62,394 nucleotides of DNA, taken from IMG/VR virus record IMGVR_UViG_3300013132_000054, positions 1-62,394 of that record; one strand, 5' to 3'. The notes under the pieces were generated by a model. The model worked only from the letters and a program-made list of their open reading frames with translations. It did not search any database and was not told the origin of the DNA. Made by a program: the position numbers and the translations under genes. This document shows positions 58,856-62,394 of this stretch, in pieces. Every line of letters begins with the position of its first letter. Position 1 is the stretch's first letter. This stretch comes from a virus. Lineage: Duplodnaviria; Caudoviricetes.

Positions 58856-60487
58856 ATGAAATCAATTGAGAATAAGATTCAATTAATAGAATCTGAAATT
58901 AAAGAAGGAGTTATTAACGAAAGTGAAACCTTCCTACTCACTGAAATGAAAAAAATTGGTATTGAAAAATTACCATACTCCTATTCATCCTTAAAATCCT
59001 TTATTGACCCTGAAACAATGAATGTTCATTATAACAAGCATTATAAGGGATATGTTGATAAATTAAACGCCGCTTTAAGTAAGAAAAAATTTGGTGATTT
59101 GGATTTAGAACAGATTGTTCAATCCATTACAAAGTTTAGTAAGGACGTGAGAAACAATGCCGGAGGAGCATACAACCACGCATTGTTTTGGAAAATGTTA
59201 TCCCCAAAACCACAAAAACCAAAAAGATTAGTTTCTGCAAGAATTGACAAAGATTTTGGCGATTTTTCATCGTTTAAGAAAAAATTTAATGAGGTTGCCA
59301 AAGAAAGATTTGGCTCAGGATGGGTATGGTTAGTTGTTACAAGTCAAAACAAATTAAAAATTGTATCAAGCCCAAATCAAGATAACCCATTGATGAATGA
59401 TTTTGAAGGTGGAGGATATCCAATTTTAGGTTTGGACTTATGGGAACACGCATACTATTTGAAATATAAAAATAAAAGAGATGAATATGTTAAAAACTTT
59501 TGGAATGTTATTAATTGGGATTTTGTTGAACAATTATACAAGATGAAAGTTGAAACAAAAATAAATGAGTCACTTGTTAGTGAAATGTTATTAGAACAAG
59601 ATGATTCATCTTTATTAGATATTCCAGTGGCAGAAGGTTGTAGTTCGTCAGAATTAGGGGTTATTAAATCAACAATTTTCCAACATAAGTTAACTCCGCA
59701 AGAAATGAAAGGCGGAAAAAAAACACTTAAATCAATTGTTGTTTCAAATATTAGTAACTTATTAAAAAAACAATTTCCAAATAATTGGAGAAACGAAACA
59801 AGTACCCATATGAGCGGAGTTTATCGTAAATCCAAAGGGGAAACTGTTAGGTCTTTATTAAATAATTTAACTTCTTCATACACCGCATTGTGTGCTTTAG
59901 TTAAATACGTCAACGCTTATTTAACTTCTGTTAATAAGGACAATGTAAAATTTGGTGGAACTTATGAAGAAAATCTAATGAATTTGGAAATATTTTTTAC
60001 CACATTAGATTCATTAAGACAAATTGTTTTTAATCCAAATAGTCAAATCAATAAACAAATCGGAAAAATATTAACTTATTCTGATTGTATTGGTAAGAGA
60101 AATGAAACCGCGGCTAAACAAATTATTGACAGAAATTTAGGGGAAAATTCTTGTAAATTAACATCAGGTTTGGGTCTTAAAAAAGATGCATTTGGTACTG
60201 ACTGTACAATTGAGGAGGATGGAAAAATTAAAGAAGCTCAAGTTAAACCATTTACAAGAATGGTTGAGGGTGAAGGTAAGATTAAAATTTTGGGGAGCTC
60301 ATCTGTTCAATCATATAAAGTCGCTCTTTTTGTATTTGTTAATGTAGTGGATAAAGTAGTTTTAATATTTGAAAACAAGGGATTAGATGTTTCAAGTGGT
60401 AATTATGTATTCCCCGCAAATTCATTAATTCACAGTTTTTCTACCGACTATCCTCTTGATTTAGAAGATTGTTCAAAATATAAATAA
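58856..60487 (+). CDS. sodA: Fe/Mn-family (Mn-type) superoxide dismutase with N-terminal leader and C-terminal extra domain
   Basis: LPYSYSSL, HYNKH, NNAGGAYNHALFW, FGSGWVWL, NQDNP, LDLWEHAYY; about 300 extra C-terminal aa. Confidence 0.88.
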   Translation: MKSIENKIQLIESEIKEGVINESETFLLTEMKKIGIEKLPYSYSSLKSFIDPETMNVHYNKHYKGYVDKLNAALSKKKFGDLDLEQIVQSITKFSKDVRNNAGGAYNHALFWKMLSPKPQKPKRLVSARIDKDFGDFSSFKKKFNEVAKERFGSGWVWLVVTSQNKLKIVSSPNQDNPLMNDFEGGGYPILGLDLWEHAYYLKYKNKRDEYVKNFWNVINWDFVEQLYKMKVETKINESLVSEMLLEQDDSSLLDIPVAEGCSSSELGVIKSTIFQHKLTPQEMKGGKKTLKSIVVSNISNLLKKQFPNNWRNETSTHMSGVYRKSKGETVRSLLNNLTSSYTALCALVKYVNAYLTSVNKDNVKFGGTYEENLMNLEIFFTTLDSLRQIVFNPNSQINKQIGKILTYSDCIGKRNETAAKQIIDRNLGENSCKLTSGLGLKKDAFGTDCTIEEDGKIKEAQVKPFTRMVEGEGKIKILGSSSVQSYKVALFVFVNVVDKVVLIFENKGLDVSSGNYVFPANSLIHSFSTDYPLDLEDCSKYK

Positions 60488-60503
60488 TTCAATTACATAT
60501 TGA

Positions 60504-60510
60504 TATTTAT
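60504..60510 (+). promoter_or_regulatory. Putative late promoter TATTTAT upstream of the neck gene
   Basis: 12 nt upstream of ATG 60523. Confidence 0.55.
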
Positions 60511-60522
60511 AAAATAAACGCA

Positions 60523-61644
60523 ATGTCTAAAATATCACAACCTGAAAGAGATAAACTATTCAAAAAAGTAAGACACTTACTTGGTGCCCCATTAAGAGGG
60601 ATTGAATTAGAGGACGAACAAATGGATACTCTTCTTGAGTTTTCCATAGACGATTATTCACAATACATTCAAGATTGGTTGACCGAATCACAATGGTCGG
60701 CATTGTATAATTTAAATTTAGACCAACAATCTTTATCAAGAGCTTTTGTCACTCGTAGTTTAGATTATGAAGATAGATATACTTATGCATATTCTAAAAT
60801 TGTTGGTTTACAGGCCGGAGGTCAATGGGAATTAAAAAAGGATTATATTGAATTAGTTAGGGGGCAACAAATTTATGAAGTTCCAGCAGGTCGCGAAATT
60901 AATGAATTACTTTGGTTTACACCATCAACATTAACAAATGTACTATTTGACCCTTGGTCATTTGGTAGTATGGGAGGACCTGGAATTGGAGGTCCTGGTG
61001 GATATGCTCAATTAGGATATAGCGGTTCTTATTTCCTAATGCCCGCATTTGATATGTTGTTAAGAATGCAAGAAATTAATATCCAAAGACGTATAATTGC
61101 ATCTGAACTTACATATCGTATTACTGCATTACCTGATGGTAAAAAAGCAGTTCACTTGATGAATACTCCAGGTGGTAAATTTGACTTCGGTAGTTCAAAC
61201 TTTGCAGGGGGTAGAGTATGGTATTGGTACTATGATGTTGGTCCTGATGATAAGAACGCTTGTCTTAAAGCAAATCCTGATATTATTAGAACACCTAATG
61301 ACGTTCCTTATGAAGAACTTACTTGGGATGATTTAAACAACCCATCAAGACAGTGGGTTAGGAGATGGTTTGTTGCATATTGTAAAGAAACTTTATCAAG
61401 AGTAAGAGGAAAATACAGTGGAAACTTGAAAACTCCAGATTCTGAATTAACTTTAGATTATACATCATTAGCAACTGAAGCTAAGGATGAAAAAACTAAA
61501 CTTATTGAAGAGTTGATTGGAACTGAAGGAAGACTAACAAGATTAAAACCTGAAAAAGTTATGGAAAGAGAGGCATTAATTGCTGAAAATCTTAATAAGT
61601 CACTTAAATTCAGAGCCGCTCCTCGTCAGATTTATGTAATCTAA
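60523..61644 (+). CDS. Neck / head-tail adaptor protein (T4 gp13-like)
   Basis: LGAPLRGIELEDEQ at N-terminus; WVRRW..AYCKETL..VRGKYSG...LTLD near C-terminus. Confidence 0.75.
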   Translation: MSKISQPERDKLFKKVRHLLGAPLRGIELEDEQMDTLLEFSIDDYSQYIQDWLTESQWSALYNLNLDQQSLSRAFVTRSLDYEDRYTYAYSKIVGLQAGGQWELKKDYIELVRGQQIYEVPAGREINELLWFTPSTLTNVLFDPWSFGSMGGPGIGGPGGYAQLGYSGSYFLMPAFDMLLRMQEINIQRRIIASELTYRITALPDGKKAVHLMNTPGGKFDFGSSNFAGGRVWYWYYDVGPDDKNACLKANPDIIRTPNDVPYEELTWDDLNNPSRQWVRRWFVAYCKETLSRVRGKYSGNLKTPDSELTLDYTSLATEAKDEKTKLIEELIGTEGRLTRLKPEKVMEREALIAENLNKSLKFRAAPRQIYVI

Positions 61645-61647
61645 TTT

Positions 61648-61983
61648 ATGCCAATTATTAAAACAAGACCAATTGACCGAGTAATAAACGGTCAAATTAT
61701 TACAAGTTCCGAAGTATCATTAGTATCAGAACCATATTACGATTGTTCAGGTGAAAGTGTTATTGTAGTTAAAAACATTGATTTCTCCAAAATCAAATTG
61801 AACTCAACAAGAAACGACAGGATAACTATTAAAGCACTTACACGAGTACTTTTATTACCTGACTTTGGTAGAATTGACGAACAATTTGATGAAATGGAAC
61901 TTGAGAACGGAGCGAGTGTTGAATTAGTATTTGCCGTTGGTAATTGGTATATTCTATCATCAGATGGGTTGAAACAGTCCTAA
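61648..61983 (+). CDS. Hypothetical small beta-rich protein, possibly virion-associated
   Basis: 111 aa, coupled to the neck gene. Confidence 0.5.
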   Translation: MPIIKTRPIDRVINGQIITSSEVSLVSEPYYDCSGESVIVVKNIDFSKIKLNSTRNDRITIKALTRVLLLPDFGRIDEQFDEMELENGASVELVFAVGNWYILSSDGLKQS

Positions 61984-62394
61984 ACCATTTCTTCCCACCC
62001 TTCTTCAGCTAACTCGTAAATATATTCAGGGTCTATTCCTCGCTTTTCCCAATATATTTTTTCTTGGTCAGTGATAGTTAACAAGTCATCAATACTATCT
62101 TGGTCTGCAGGTTCAAATGGGACTCCGTTAATTAACTTACATTGTTCTTTTGTAAAGATGCCTCTCTTACTTGGTTCATCCACAATAAGATTATTTCTTA
62201 CTTCTTCACCAAATACAATTAACAATGGTTCAATACGTTTGTTAAATGTTACAACGGCTCTTGGAACATTATATTCACCTAACATACTTGGATTATTCTC
62301 AACCTCAGTTGGGTCTAAACGATAACAATTAAGTTGTACAAATGACTCCATACTATCGTCTAAAACTTTACCATAATTATTAAAGTATGTGTCA
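61980..62394 (-). CDS. C-terminal end of a larger gene entering from the window end, probably a family B DNA polymerase
   Basis: Frame is open to the window edge; EYNVPRAVVTFNKRIEPLL resembles a PolB C-terminal thumb helix; no catalytic motifs visible. Confidence 0.4.
   Translation of the reverse strand, partial: DTYFNNYGKVLDDSMESFVQLNCYRLDPTEVENNPSMLGEYNVPRAVVTFNKRIEPLLIVFGEEVRNNLIVDEPSKRGIFTKEQCKLINGVPFEPADQDSIDDLLTITDQEKIYWEKRGIDPEYIYELAEEGWEEMV

Noticed and set aside
1-62394. Stop-codon reassignment as in some large phages
   Set aside because: Genes are full length in code 11, and TAA, TAG and TGA all end genes
1-62394. tRNA, rRNA or structured ncRNA genes
   Set aside because: Intergenic gaps are short and AT-rich; only terminator-like hairpins seen by eye, and no covariance search was possible

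Overview
AT-rich (by eye ~30% GC), gene-dense segment of a large contractile-tailed (myovirus/jumbo-type) phage read in standard code 11. The host is probably Bacteroidota: there are no Shine-Dalgarno sites, one consensus TTTG-N19-TAnnTTTG promoter, and SprB-like and DUF285 modules. Positions 1-57000 are almost all minus strand. In window order they hold a partial DUF285/BspA repeat protein, a glycosyltransferase, three adhesin/fibre-like proteins (LRR/PKD, vWA, SprB repeats with Pro/Thr linkers), baseplate genes, a replication block (nrdA, nrdB, DnaB-like helicase, 5'-3' exonuclease, RecA/UvsX, gp32-like SSB), hub, LysM/gp53-like protein, tube initiator with an OmpA-like insert, tape measure, tail chaperone with a likely +1 frameshift, tube, HAD enzyme, sheath and neck genes. 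After 57000 come plus-strand SNF2 helicase, Mn-SOD fusion and gp13-like neck genes, then the end of a probable DNA polymerase. The main candidate new system is virion O-glycosylation. The glycosyltransferase carries the motifs of plant/algal peptidyl-serine galactosyltransferases (GT96/HPAT-like), and a [S/T]-[G/A]-x-[S/T] tetrapeptide is strongly enriched in predicted surface-exposed virion proteins but nearly absent from buried and replication proteins. A sense-strand TATTTAT motif precedes most structural genes. All calls come from motif reading by eye; no database search was run.
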